Assembly: GCA_964291285.2 (NCBI GenBank)
Contig: OZ219785.1
Location: forward strand, 896,001 to 960,000
Length of the DNA: 64,000 nt
Direction: 5' to 3'
Source of the DNA: Alphaproteobacteria bacterium
Lineage (GTDB): Bacteria; Pseudomonadota; Alphaproteobacteria; Bin95
The position numbers and the translations under genes are program-made. Positions within the stretch are counted from its first letter, which is position 1; each line of letters begins with the position of its first letter. Positions 29,275 to 41,049 of this stretch are shown piece by piece. The notes beneath the pieces are model-generated. The model saw only the letters and a program-made list of their open reading frames with translations. It was not told the DNA's origin and did no database searches.

Positions 29275-30024
29275 ATGACGGCGCGATACGACTTCACGAA
29301 CCAGACGGCCATAGTCACAGGCGGGGCGCGCGGCATCGGCCTTGCGATAGCGCACCGCCTGCATTGCGACGGCGCGGCTGTTGCGGTCTGGGACATGGAT
29401 GCGGCGGCGGGCGAGGCGGCCGCGGCCGGACTCGGCGGGCGGGCGGCCGCCTTCGCCGTCGATGTGACGGACTACGCCGCCGTCGAGGCCGCGCTCGCGG
29501 CGACGGAAGCCCGGCTCGGCCCGGTCTCGATCCTCTGCAACAATGCCGGCATCGCGGGGCCGGCCGGGCCCGCCTGGGACTATGCGCTCGAGGACTGGCA
29601 CGCCGTCATCGACCTGGACCTGAACGGCGTCTATTACGGCTGCCGCGCCGCCCTGCCGGGGATGATGCGACGCGGTTACGGGCGCATCGTCAACACCGCC
29701 TCCATCGCCGGCAAGGAGGGCAACGCCAACGCCGCCGCCTACAGCGCCGCCAAGGCGGCCGTCATCGGGCTCACCAAGTCGCTCGGCAAGGAGACGGTGG
29801 GAACCGGCGTGCTGGTCAATTGCGTCGCCCCGGCGGCGGTCGAAACGGACATCTTCAAGCAGATCACCGAGGCGCATATCGAGATGATGCGCTCCAAGAT
29901 CCCGATGGGCCGCTTCGGCACCGTCGAGGAGGTGGCCAACATCATCGCCTGGCTCTGCTCGTCGGAATGCAGCTTCCAGACCGGGGCCGTCTTCGACGTA
30001 TCCGGCGGCCGCGCGACCTATTAG
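29275..30024 (+). CDS. SDR family oxidoreductase
   Basis: TGGARGIG, NNAG, YSAAK. Confidence 0.93.
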   Translation: MTARYDFTNQTAIVTGGARGIGLAIAHRLHCDGAAVAVWDMDAAAGEAAAAGLGGRAAAFAVDVTDYAAVEAALAATEARLGPVSILCNNAGIAGPAGPAWDYALEDWHAVIDLDLNGVYYGCRAALPGMMRRGYGRIVNTASIAGKEGNANAAAYSAAKAAVIGLTKSLGKETVGTGVLVNCVAPAAVETDIFKQITEAHIEMMRSKIPMGRFGTVEEVANIIAWLCSSECSFQTGAVFDVSGGRATY

Positions 30025-30112
30025 AGCGCGCCCCGTCCAGGCTGAGACGGCAGGGATGGGCCCCGGATCGCAGTCCGGGGCGACGATAGCTGGGCCCGGA
30101 GCGAAATCCGGC

Positions 30113-30892
30113 TCAGCGGTGCTGCCAGACGGGCTCGCGCTTGGCGATGAAGGCATCGACGCCCTCTTCGGCGTCGCGCATCTCCATGTTCGCCGCGATG
30201 ACGCCGCTGGTGTAGTCGTAGGCCTCGTCGAGCTCCATTTCTAGCTGGCGGTAGAAGGCTTCCTTGCCGATCTTGACCACCGCGCCCGACTTGCCGGCGA
30301 TCTTCGCGGCAAGCGCCTGCGTCTCGGCCCTGAGTTCGGCGGCCGGCACCACCCGGTTGACGAGGCCGAAGCGCCGCGCCGTCCCGGCATCCATGAGGTC
30401 GCCGGTCAGCAGCATCTCCATGGCGTGCTTGCGCGATACCACACGGGAGAGCGCCACCATCGGCGTCGAGCAGAACAGGCCGATATTGACGCCGGGCGTG
30501 GCGAAGCGGGCGTCCTCGCTTGCAATGGCGAGGTCGCAGCTCGCGACCAGCTGGCAGCCGGCCGCGGTCGCGATGCCGTGGACGCTGGCGATCACGGGCT
30601 GGGGCTGGCGCACGATGCGCGTCATCAGCCGGCTGCATTCGGCGAACAGCAGGTCGTAGAAGGCGCGGTCGGGCCGCGCGCGGATTTCCTTCAGGTCGTG
30701 CCCGGCGCAGTAGCCGGGGCCGTTGGCGGCAATCACCACGGCGCGCACCGAGCGGTCCTCGCCGATCTCCTCCAGCGCCGAGGACAGCGCCGCGATCATC
30801 GGGCGGGACAGCGCATTGCGCTGCGCCGGCCGGTTCAGCGTCAGGGTGGCGACGGCGTCCGCATCGTCGCGCAACAGGATCGGCTCGCTCAT
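30113..30892 (-). CDS. Enoyl-CoA hydratase (ECHDC3-like)
   Basis: TLNRPAQRNAL, CAGHDLKE, ATAAGCQLVASCD, PGVNIGLFCSTP. Confidence 0.92.
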   Translation of the reverse strand: MSEPILLRDDADAVATLTLNRPAQRNALSRPMIAALSSALEEIGEDRSVRAVVIAANGPGYCAGHDLKEIRARPDRAFYDLLFAECSRLMTRIVRQPQPVIASVHGIATAAGCQLVASCDLAIASEDARFATPGVNIGLFCSTPMVALSRVVSRKHAMEMLLTGDLMDAGTARRFGLVNRVVPAAELRAETQALAAKIAGKSGAVVKIGKEAFYRQLEMELDEAYDYTSGVIAANMEMRDAEEGVDAFIAKREPVWQHR

Positions 30893-30929
30893 GGCTTCGG
30901 TCTCCCGGCGGCAAACGGGCCGCGGCTCG

Positions 30930-30957
30930 TTGACAGGCGCTCTGATGCCGCTATGTT
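30930..30957 (+). promoter_or_regulatory. Sigma70 promoter of rplM-rpsI
   Basis: TTGACA-N16-TATGTT, 35 bp upstream of the rplM ATG. Confidence 0.6.
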
Positions 30958-30991
30958 GCGCCGCCCAAGCCGCTCCAGGGAAGAGTGACGG

Positions 30992-31453
30992 ATGAACACA
31001 TACTCCGCCAGGCCGGCAGACGTCGAGCGGAAATGGTGGCTGATCGACGCCGACGGGCTGGTGCTCGGCCGCCTCGCCTCCATCGTCGCCATGCGGCTGC
31101 GCGGCAAGCACAAGGCGCTGTACACGCCGCATATCGACTGCGGCGACCATGTCGTCGTCGTCAACGCGGACAAGGTGGCGCTGACCGGCGCGAAGGAAGA
31201 CGACAAGGTCTATAACTGGCACACCGGCTATCCGGGCGGCATCCGCTCGCGGACGGTGCGCGAGCAGCGCGCCCGGCGCCCCGAGCAGATCGTCGTCAAG
31301 GCCGTCGAACGGATGCTGCCCAAGACGAAGCTCGGCCGGCAGGTCATCTCGAAGCTGCATGTCTATGCGGGCCCCGAGCACCGCCATGCCGGCCAGAAGC
31401 CCGCGCCGCTCGACATCGCCGCCATGAACCCCAAGAACGCCAGGAGGGCCTGA
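30992..31453 (+). CDS. rplM: 50S ribosomal protein L13
   Basis: IDA.G.VLGRLAS, GKHK..YTPH.DCGD, HTGYPGG. Confidence 0.98.
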   Translation: MNTYSARPADVERKWWLIDADGLVLGRLASIVAMRLRGKHKALYTPHIDCGDHVVVVNADKVALTGAKEDDKVYNWHTGYPGGIRSRTVREQRARRPEQIVVKAVERMLPKTKLGRQVISKLHVYAGPEHRHAGQKPAPLDIAAMNPKNARRA

Positions 31454-31458
31454 AGGCC

Positions 31459-31953
31459 ATGGCCGAGGACACCCGCGCGCTCGCCGACCTGAAGCAGGTC
31501 CTCGAAGGCGAGGAGGCGCCCGAGCGCCCGGCCCCGGCCGCCCCCGCGGCGCCGGAGATCGACAATTTCGGGCGGGCCTACGCCACGGGCAAGCGCAAGG
31601 AGTCGGTGGCGCGCGTCTGGATCCGCCCCGGCGCCGGCCGGGTGACGGTGAACGGCAGGCCGGAGGACACCTATTTCCCGCGGCCGACCCACCGCATGCT
31701 GATCGCCCAGCCCTTCGTCGCGGTGAACCGCACGAACCAGTATGACGTTATCTGCACGGTGCGCGGCGGCGGCCAGTCCGGCCAGGCCGGCGCGGTGCGC
31801 CACGGCATCGCCAAGGCGCTCACCTGCTTCGAGCCGGGCTTGCGCCCGGCGCTCAAGCAGGGCGGGTTCCTGACCCGCGATGCGCGCCGCGTCGAGCGCA
31901 AGAAATACGGCAAGCCGAAGGCGCGGCGCAGCTTCCAGTTCTCGAAACGGTAG
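31459..31953 (+). CDS. rpsI: 30S ribosomal protein S9
   Basis: [37 protein letters not shown]. Confidence 0.98.
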   Translation: MAEDTRALADLKQVLEGEEAPERPAPAAPAAPEIDNFGRAYATGKRKESVARVWIRPGAGRVTVNGRPEDTYFPRPTHRMLIAQPFVAVNRTNQYDVICTVRGGGQSGQAGAVRHGIAKALTCFEPGLRPALKQGGFLTRDARRVERKKYGKPKARRSFQFSKR

Positions 31954-32001
31954 CGCCATTCCGGCGCGGGGGTCCGCGCCAGAGGGAAGGGAGAGCGCCT
32001 C

Positions 32002-33051
32002 ATGCCCCAAATCGGAAACCGGGCCCGGGCGGCGATCCTGGGTGCGAGCGGCTATACCGGCGCGGAGTTGATCCGCCTGCTGGCCCGCCATCCGCATGTC
32101 GAGATTTGCACGCTCACCGCCGACCGGCGCGCGGGCGAGCCCTTCGGCGCGGTGTTCCCGCATCTGGCCGCGCTCGGCCTGCCGGACCTGGTGCGCATCG
32201 AGGACGTGGATTTCGGCGCCCATGACATCGTGTTCTGCTGCCTGCCGCACGGCACGACGCAGGAGACGGTGGCGGCGCTCCCGGACCATCTGAAGGTGGT
32301 GGACCTCTCGGCGGATTTCCGCCTCGCCGACATCGAAACCTACGCCGAGTGGTACGGCCATGCGCACCGGGCGCCCGAATTGCAGAAGAGCGCGGTTTAC
32401 GGGCTGACCGAACTCAAGCGCGCGCAAGTGGCGCGCGCGAGGCTGGTCGCCAATCCGGGCTGCTACCCGACGAGCGCGCAGCTCCCGCTGGTGCCGCTGA
32501 TCGAAGCGGGCGCGGTCGAGGCCCGCAACATCATCGTGGACGCCAAGTCCGGCGTCACCGGGGCCGGGCGGTCGTTGCGCGAGGACATCCTGTTCCCGGA
32601 AGTGCAGGACGGCATCCATGCCTACGGCATCGGCCGGCACCGCCATGCCCCCGAGATCGAGCAGGGGCTCGGCGAGGCGGCGGGGGCGCCCGTCACCGTC
32701 AGCTTCACCCCGCACCTGGCGCCCATGAACCGGGGCATCCTGTCCACCATCTATGTCGAGCTGGCCAATGGCGAGACGGCGGACGGGCTGCGCGAGCGGC
32801 TTGCCGCGCGCTATGCGGGCGAGCCCTTCGTGCATGTGCTGCCTTCCGGCGCCCCGGCGACGCGCCATGTGCGCGGCACCAACCGCTGCGATATCGGCGT
32901 GGCGGCGGACCGCGCGCCCGGCCGGGCGATCCTGGTCTCGGCCATCGACAACCTCGTCAAGGGCGCGTCCGGGCAGGCGGTGCAGAACATGAACGCCATG
33001 CAGGGCTGGGAGGAGACGACCGGGCTCGAGCTGGAAGCGATGTATCCGTGA
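32002..33051 (+). CDS. argC: N-acetyl-gamma-glutamyl-phosphate reductase
   Basis: GASGYTG, DLSADFRL, ANPGCYPT, DNLVKGASGQA. Confidence 0.97.
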   Translation: MPQIGNRARAAILGASGYTGAELIRLLARHPHVEICTLTADRRAGEPFGAVFPHLAALGLPDLVRIEDVDFGAHDIVFCCLPHGTTQETVAALPDHLKVVDLSADFRLADIETYAEWYGHAHRAPELQKSAVYGLTELKRAQVARARLVANPGCYPTSAQLPLVPLIEAGAVEARNIIVDAKSGVTGAGRSLREDILFPEVQDGIHAYGIGRHRHAPEIEQGLGEAAGAPVTVSFTPHLAPMNRGILSTIYVELANGETADGLRERLAARYAGEPFVHVLPSGAPATRHVRGTNRCDIGVAADRAPGRAILVSAIDNLVKGASGQAVQNMNAMQGWEETTGLELEAMYP

Positions 33052-33593
33052 GGGGGACGGTCCTGCCCTATCGGGGCATCTGGCCGGAGCTCGCGGACGA
33101 TGTCTTCGTGGCGCCCGGCGCCGTGGTGATCGGCGATGTGGAGATCGGGGCGGGGTCCAGCGTCTGGTACAACGTCGTGGTACGCGGCGATGTCGGCCGC
33201 ATCCGCATCGGCGCGGGCACGAACATCCAGGACGGGACGGTGGTGCATGTCACCGGCGGCGCCTTCGACACCGTGATCGGCGACGAGGTGCTGGTCGGCC
33301 ACCGCTGCATGATCCACGGCTGCCGGCTGGAGGACCGCGCCTTCATCGGCATGAACGCGACGGTGCTGGACGGCTGCACGGTCGAAGGCGACGCCATGCT
33401 GGCGGCCGGCTCCCTGCTCGCGCCCGGCAAGCGCATTCCGGCCGGGGAGCTCTGGGCCGGCACGCCCGCCAAGAAGATGCGCGACCTCGCCCCGGAAGCG
33501 CTCCAAGGCTTCCGCCGCCAGGTCGCCCACTACGCCTGGAACGCCCAGGTCCACATCGAATCGCTGAAGGACATCGGTCGGACCTGTCTTTGA
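33048..33593 (+). CDS. Gamma-carbonic anhydrase family (YrdA-like) protein
   Basis: Hexapeptide repeats, VRGDV..IRIG..TNIQD, GH..MIHGC; GTG start overlapping the argC stop. Confidence 0.9.
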   Translation: MRGTVLPYRGIWPELADDVFVAPGAVVIGDVEIGAGSSVWYNVVVRGDVGRIRIGAGTNIQDGTVVHVTGGAFDTVIGDEVLVGHRCMIHGCRLEDRAFIGMNATVLDGCTVEGDAMLAAGSLLAPGKRIPAGELWAGTPAKKMRDLAPEALQGFRRQVAHYAWNAQVHIESLKDIGRTCL

Positions 33594-33662
33594 CCGGGGC
33601 GGATGACGCGCCTTATCGTGTGCGGGACGAAATCCCCCGGACCGGAGGAAGAGAGGCCCCCC

Positions 33663-34358
33663 ATGCCCGTTACCACGCCTGAAGTGAAGGCCGCCCTGGA
33701 GACCATCTTCGCCGGGGATTCGGAGATCTACCGGGAACGCGGCTTCCAGCGCCGCATCGGCTACGGCACCCGGCCCGCGCTGCTGGTCATCGACATGGCC
33801 AATGCCTGGACCCGGCCGGACTACCCGTTCACCTGCGACAACATGGAGGAGATCATCCCCGCCAACCGGGCCCTGCTGGCGGCGGCGCGGGAGAAGCGGA
33901 TTCCCGTCGTCTTCACCTCCACCGCCTACCGCAATCCCGCGGGCCCCCACCCGGATACGGGCCTCTGGCACCTGAAGATCCCGACGGAAATCCTCTCGGA
34001 GGGCTCCGAAGCGACCGCCATCGACGACCGCCTCGCGCCCGAACCAGGCGAGCAGGTCATCCTCAAGAAGCGGGCCAGCGCCTTCCACGGCACCTGGCTC
34101 GCCGGCTACCTCCGCGCGCAGCGGGTGGACACGGTCATCGTCACCGGCGTGACCATGGCGGGCTGCGTGCGCCACAGCGTCGAGGACGCCATCGCCGACG
34201 GGTTCCGCCCCATCGTGGTGCGCGAGGCGGTCGGCGACCGGGTGCCGGGCGCGGTGGAGTGGAACCTGTTCGACATCGACGCCAAGTTCGGCGATGTGGA
34301 GCCGCTGGAGGCCGTGCTCGCCTATCTGAACGACCTGCCGGCGCTGGCCAACGACTAG
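33663..34358 (+). CDS. Isochorismatase/cysteine hydrolase family amidase
   Basis: PALLVID, KKRASAF, GVTMAGCVR. Confidence 0.9.
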   Translation: MPVTTPEVKAALETIFAGDSEIYRERGFQRRIGYGTRPALLVIDMANAWTRPDYPFTCDNMEEIIPANRALLAAAREKRIPVVFTSTAYRNPAGPHPDTGLWHLKIPTEILSEGSEATAIDDRLAPEPGEQVILKKRASAFHGTWLAGYLRAQRVDTVIVTGVTMAGCVRHSVEDAIADGFRPIVVREAVGDRVPGAVEWNLFDIDAKFGDVEPLEAVLAYLNDLPALAND

Positions 34359-34380
34359 GCCGGGCGGGCGAGGGGCTGCG

Positions 34381-35918
<1,538 letters not shown>

Positions 35919-35943
35919 TGCGCCCGGCGGAGGGCGGAGTGCG

Positions 35944-36450
35944 ATGAAGACGCTGCTGCTGCTCCGCCACGCCAAGGCGGGCATCGGCGCGCCGGACCGC
36001 GACCGGGGACTGACCGGAAGGGGCCGGCGCCAGTCCGCCGCGGCCGGGCGTTATCTCGCCGCCGAGGGCCTCCTGCCCGACTTCGTCATCTGCTCGGACG
36101 CAAGGCGCACGCGCGAGACGCTGGACGGGCTCGCGCTCGGGGACGGCCCGGCGGTGCAGTTCACGCCCGCGCTCTATGACGGCCATGTGCCGGAATTGCT
36201 GGACCTCGTTCGCGGGATCGAAGACGCCGGCGTCTCGCGGGTTCTGGTGGTCGGCCACAATCCGACGATCTCCGAGGCGGGCCGCTGGCTCGCGCGCGAG
36301 GGCGAACCGGCGGCGCTCTCCCGGCTCGGGCTCGGCATGCCGACCTCCGGGCTCGCCGTGCTGAAATTCGAGGCCGCGGACTGGAACGCGGTCGGCGCGG
36401 GCACGCTCACCCGGCTGCTGCGCCCGGCGGATTATCCCAGGGCGGATTGA
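35944..36450 (+). CDS. Histidine phosphatase (SixA-like)
   Basis: LLRHAK, S.A.RTRET, VGHNP. Confidence 0.88.
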   Translation: MKTLLLLRHAKAGIGAPDRDRGLTGRGRRQSAAAGRYLAAEGLLPDFVICSDARRTRETLDGLALGDGPAVQFTPALYDGHVPELLDLVRGIEDAGVSRVLVVGHNPTISEAGRWLAREGEPAALSRLGLGMPTSGLAVLKFEAADWNAVGAGTLTRLLRPADYPRAD

Positions 36451-36548
36451 GCCGGCGGTTCGGCGCGCCGCCGCCCCCGCCGCGGCCCCTATCGCGCCTC
36501 TCGGAAAGCCTCTAAGGTCGCTCTGCTGTAAACCGAGGGAGGCTCTAC

Positions 36549-37673
36549 ATGCTCATCCGCACTGCACTCACCGGCCTTGCCGCTGCGGCGCTTGCCACGG
36601 CCGGCATTCTGCCCGCCGCAGCGGCGCCGGATCCCGTCAAGATCCGCATCGCGTCCGACCACACGCCGCCGCCGCACCCGGCCGCGCTCGCGGAAATCCT
36701 GTTCCAGGAACGCCTGGCGGAGGAAATCCCGGGCTCCGAGGTGCTGCTCTTCCCGGCCAAGGCGCTCTATTCGGTGCCGGAAGCCGTCGAGGCGATGACC
36801 GAAGGCAATCTGGAGATGACCTGGGGCCAGTTCGGCAAGACCGCCCAGATCGATCCCTTCATGGCCGTGGTGGTGGGCCCGATGCTGCTGACCACGCCCG
36901 GGGCCATCGACGCCATTGAGGGCTTCGACACCTACAAGATGCTGGTGAAGCGCTTCGAGGAACTGCACGACATCAAGGTCTTCGGCCACGCCCATCTCAG
37001 CTTCTACATGGGCGCGGGCTCGGGCTCCCGCCTGCTGAAGCCGGAAGATTTCGCCGGGCGCAAGATCCGCTCCATGAGCCCGGTCGAGAACGCCGCGCTG
37101 TCGGCCTGGGGCGCGAACCCGACCACCATGGCCTTCGGCGACGTGCCGCCGGCGCTCGAAACCGGCGTCATCGACGGCCTGCTGACCAGCCTCGGCGGCT
37201 TCAACGTCGTCAAGGACCAGGCGCCCTTCTTCACCGTTGCCGGCATCAACGGCATCGTCGGCGACTATTACTGGATCGGCGCCAGCATGAGCTGGTGGAA
37301 CTCGCTCGATTCGGAGCAGCAGGCGATCATCGAGAGGCTGATCGTCGAGGAGATGCTGCCGTTCGCCAAGAAAGCCAACTGGTGCAACGACAAGCGCATG
37401 ATCGACAAATACGGCACCGAAGATCCGTCCAAGCCCGGCATCTACATCATGACCGCCGACGAGGCGGGCGTGCTGGCCGACGCGCTCGGCACGGGCACGG
37501 CGGACCACATCAAGAAGAGCACGCCGGGCGGCGCCGACGAGTGGGTGGACCGCTTCGCCGAGGAGGCGAAGATGGCGGTCGCGGACAACCCGATGGGCTC
37601 GCACTGGCTCGAGGACACCGACTGCTCCGAGATCGAGCCCTGGTTCGAGCGCTTCGCCAAGAAGAAGAAATAG
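36549..37673 (+). CDS. TRAP substrate-binding protein DctP
   Basis: Signal peptide; DFAGRKIR, MAFGDV..ALETGVIDG. Confidence 0.9.
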   Translation: MLIRTALTGLAAAALATAGILPAAAAPDPVKIRIASDHTPPPHPAALAEILFQERLAEEIPGSEVLLFPAKALYSVPEAVEAMTEGNLEMTWGQFGKTAQIDPFMAVVVGPMLLTTPGAIDAIEGFDTYKMLVKRFEELHDIKVFGHAHLSFYMGAGSGSRLLKPEDFAGRKIRSMSPVENAALSAWGANPTTMAFGDVPPALETGVIDGLLTSLGGFNVVKDQAPFFTVAGINGIVGDYYWIGASMSWWNSLDSEQQAIIERLIVEEMLPFAKKANWCNDKRMIDKYGTEDPSKPGIYIMTADEAGVLADALGTGTADHIKKSTPGGADEWVDRFAEEAKMAVADNPMGSHWLEDTDCSEIEPWFERFAKKKK

Positions 37674-37684
37674 CTGAACCGTCG

Positions 37685-37720
37685 CTGCGGGGGGCCGCCC
37701 GGGCCCCCCGCAGTCCCTTT
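37685..37720 (+). terminator. Hairpin after dctP
   Basis: CTGCGGGGGGCC...GGCCCCCCGCAG then CCCTTT. Confidence 0.6.
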
Positions 37721-37746
37721 GCCCGCGTGAGCTGGAGGCGGCCCGG

Positions 37747-38343
37747 ATGAACGGGAGTTCCCCCGAGACGACCGAGCCTGCCGGCGTCGAGCTGGCGATA
37801 GACCGCGCCTACCGCGCGCTGCATTTCCTGCTCGACAGGGTCGTGGCCCGCATAGCCGCCGTCATCCTGCTTTGCGGCACGCTGCTCGCCTGCATCGAGA
37901 TCGTGCGCCGCTACATCCTGGGGGTGGTGTTCGACTGGGGACAGGACGCGGTCACCTACGTCTCCATCGCGGCGGTCTTCATCTATTTCGCCGTCACGCA
38001 GGCCTCGCGCTCGCATCTGGCCGTGCTGGCGCTGCTGGACCTGCTGCGCAGCCGGGGCTATGTCCGCACCGTGCTGGCCATCCGGGTCTTCGTGTCCGGC
38101 GTCTCGCTCACCCTGTTCACGGCGCTGGCCTACTGGGGCCTGCCGGCAGTGGAACGCGCCGAACAGCTCGGCCGCACCACCCAGAGCATGGTGATCCTGA
38201 TCTGGCCGTTCCAGGCCTGCCTTGTCATCGCGTTTGCGCTGATGGCCCTCGTCACGCTCTTCCACCTCTACCAGGACGTGCAGGCGCTGCGCGGCAGGAC
38301 CGTGTTCCCCTGGGCCCCGGTCGAAGAAGGGATCGAGATCTGA
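37747..38343 (+). CDS. TRAP small permease DctQ
   Basis: Four TM segments; lies between dctP and dctM. Confidence 0.87.
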   Translation: MNGSSPETTEPAGVELAIDRAYRALHFLLDRVVARIAAVILLCGTLLACIEIVRRYILGVVFDWGQDAVTYVSIAAVFIYFAVTQASRSHLAVLALLDLLRSRGYVRTVLAIRVFVSGVSLTLFTALAYWGLPAVERAEQLGRTTQSMVILIWPFQACLVIAFALMALVTLFHLYQDVQALRGRTVFPWAPVEEGIEI

Positions 38344-38344
38344 C

Positions 38345-39628
38345 ATGGGCGCGCTCGGCACAGGCCTGATTACGCTGCTCGCGCTGGGCGCGCCCATCGG
38401 CGTGGCGCTCGGCGGGGCGGCGGTCGCCTTCATCCTCTACGACCCGGTGCTGTCGGCGAACACCGCCTTCCGCGCCTTCTTCAGCTTTGTCAACAAATAC
38501 ACCCTCATGGCGATCCCGTTCTTCATCTATGCGGGCTTCCTCATGGAGCGCACGGGGCTGATCTCCAAGCTGTTCAAGTTCGCCGACGCCATCATCGGCT
38601 GGCTGCCGGGCGGCTTCGCCTACGCCACCCTGATCGCGGCCGTGCTGTTCGGCGCCATTTCCGGCTCCAGCACCGCCATGGCGGCGGCGATGGGCGTCAT
38701 CGCCTATCCGGAGATGATCCGGCGCGGCTACCCCGTGTGGATGGCGGCGGGCGTCATCGCCTGCGGCGGCGGCATCGCCATCCTGATCCCGCCTTCGATC
38801 ACCCTCATCCTCTTCGGCATCATCACCGAGGAGTCGATCGTCAAGCTGTTCTTCGCCGGCTTCGTGCCCGGCATCATGCTGGCGATCTCGGATGCGGTCA
38901 TCATCGTCTTCATCGCCTGGAAGCTGAAGCTGCCCGCCGGCGAGTTCCGCTTCGACAACCTCTGGCATTCCACCGTCGAGGCGCTGCCGGCCATCCTGAT
39001 GCCGGTCTTCGTGCTGGGCGGGCTCTATGGCGGCGTGTTCACGCCGACGGAGGCGGGCGCGGCGTCCTGCGCCTATGCGCTGATCTACGGCCTGGCGGCC
39101 CGGCGCGGCGCGTTCCTGCGCGAACTGCTGCCGACGACCATGCGCGCGGCCAACCTCACCGCCATCGTCTTCTTCCTGCTGGGCTGCGTCGGCGTCTTCC
39201 AGTTCCTGCTCGCCAACAAGGGCTGGCCGCAGGATGTCGCCAACTGGGTGGGGATGCAGGGCCTCTCCGCCATGGGCTTCCTCATCGTGCTACTGGCCGT
39301 GCTGCTGGTCCTGTCCATGTTCCTGACGGGCGTGGCGATCCTGGCGCTGACGGTGCCGATCATCTATCCCGTCTCGCTGACGCTCGGGATCGACCCGATC
39401 CATCTCGGCATATTGTTCGCGCTGGCGGTGGAGATGGGTGGCGTGATCCCGCCGGTCGGCCTCAACCTGTTCGCTGTGAGCGGCACGACCGGGGTGCCGG
39501 TGACAAGGGTGATGAAGGGCGCGATCCCGTTCCTGTGTACGGACGGGATTGTACTCGTCCTCGTGCTGCTCTTCCCCATCCTCGCCCTCTGGCTCCCCAA
39601 CTCCATCGTCCAGTCCGTGTTCAACTAG
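38345..39628 (+). CDS. TRAP large permease DctM
   Basis: MAIPFF, AISGSSTA, ILIPPS, FTPTEAG, PPVGLNLF. Confidence 0.93.
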   Translation: MGALGTGLITLLALGAPIGVALGGAAVAFILYDPVLSANTAFRAFFSFVNKYTLMAIPFFIYAGFLMERTGLISKLFKFADAIIGWLPGGFAYATLIAAVLFGAISGSSTAMAAAMGVIAYPEMIRRGYPVWMAAGVIACGGGIAILIPPSITLILFGIITEESIVKLFFAGFVPGIMLAISDAVIIVFIAWKLKLPAGEFRFDNLWHSTVEALPAILMPVFVLGGLYGGVFTPTEAGAASCAYALIYGLAARRGAFLRELLPTTMRAANLTAIVFFLLGCVGVFQFLLANKGWPQDVANWVGMQGLSAMGFLIVLLAVLLVLSMFLTGVAILALTVPIIYPVSLTLGIDPIHLGILFALAVEMGGVIPPVGLNLFAVSGTTGVPVTRVMKGAIPFLCTDGIVLVLVLLFPILALWLPNSIVQSVFN

Positions 39629-39663
39629 CGCACGCGCTGCGCCCGAAGTCGGAGGGCCGCACC

Positions 39664-40104
39664 ATGTCCGGGCCCGGAAACGAAGCCTCCGCCACCCATC
39701 ACGCCCCCGTCGTGCGGCGGCCGGCGGACCATCCGGGGCACCGGGGCCGGTTCGCCAATGTGACGCGGATGGTCTTCCACCCGACGCCCGACAGCCCGAA
39801 CACGCCCAATGCCGGCCTCGTCACCTATGAGCCGGGGGCGGGCTTCCCGCTGCACAGGCACGATTTCGCCCAGCTCTGGTATGTGGCCGAGGGCGAGTGC
39901 CGCTTCGGCGACCGGACGCTCGCCGCCGGCGACATGGTCTATATGGAAGACCCGCATTTCGAGCACGAGATGCACACCGAGACGGGGTGCACCATCGTCT
40001 TCATGCAATATCCCGGCCCCACAACGGGCGCCCGCCCCGTCTATGAAGGCCGCTTCGACGGCAGGGAAGCCGCCGAGGGCAGGGAGCCAGACCTGGAGCG
40101 GTGA
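39664..40104 (+). CDS. Cupin domain protein
   Basis: FPLHRHDFAQLWYV.EG...GDMVY...HFEH. Confidence 0.85.
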   Translation: MSGPGNEASATHHAPVVRRPADHPGHRGRFANVTRMVFHPTPDSPNTPNAGLVTYEPGAGFPLHRHDFAQLWYVAEGECRFGDRTLAAGDMVYMEDPHFEHEMHTETGCTIVFMQYPGPTTGARPVYEGRFDGREAAEGREPDLER

Positions 40105-40117
40105 GAGGCTCTGCCTA

Positions 40118-40992
40118 GGTCCTGTGGACGGATTTGATCAAGATGAAGGCAGCGGCGAGTGCGACGAAGGAGCTGAAGTTTGTGGCGGTCTTTTCGCAGC
40201 GCAGGGCGATGCGTTTGAAGCGTTTGAGCTTGCCGACGGCCTGTTCGATGCGCGCCCGTCCTCTGTAGAGCGCGCTTGCGAAGCGCTTTGGCCTGTTTTT
40301 GATGTTCTTCCGGTAGGGAATGACGGTCAGGGCGCCTCTTTTCCGGGCGAGTTGGCGGTTTCCGGCGCTGTCATAGCCCTTGTCGGCGACGATGGCGCGG
40401 GGCCGGACATCGGGGCCGATGTCCATCAGGGTCTCGAAATGCGGACTGTCGGCTGCCTCGCCGCCGGTCAGGTCGAAGGCGATCGGCAGGCCGTCGAAAT
40501 CGGTCTTCAGGTGGATTTTGGTGCTGAAACCGCCCCGCGAGCGTCCAAGCGCCTGACCCTGCTGCCCCCTTTTGCGCCGGCCGCCGATACATGCGCGCGG
40601 GTCACGGTCGAATCGAACATCTGAACCAGGTGCGCCGTGCTGCTCAAATCCGCCAGCGTGGCGAAAAAGTCCTCGAACACCCCTGAACGGCTCAGACGGT
40701 GAAAACGCCGCCATACCGTATTCCAGTGCCCGAACCGCTCCGGCAGCGCCCGCCAGGTGATGTTGTGAACCGCAAAGAAGTGCAGCGCCTCCAGAAACAG
40801 ACGGTCGTCCTTCGCCTTCGCACCCCGCCTCGGAAGGCAAAGCCGGAAAACCTCCAGCGCAACCTCCCAGTCTCCATTCGTCATCTTCGTCGACATCAAC
40901 GAAACCCCCGAATCGCCGACGCCTCATGATTCAGACAAATCCTCGCACGGGAATCCCTGAACACGCTCCTGAGTCAATACGTCCACAGGGCC
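40118..40992 (-). mobile_element. IS5-family element, copy 2, 875 bp
   Basis: Same IRs and ORFs as 2579-3453; TA duplicated at 40116-17 and 40993-94. Confidence 0.95.
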
Positions 40993-41049
40993 TAATCCTG
41001 CTTCTTTGCCTTTACTACACTTCTAACCGCAGACAGAAACACTTGACTA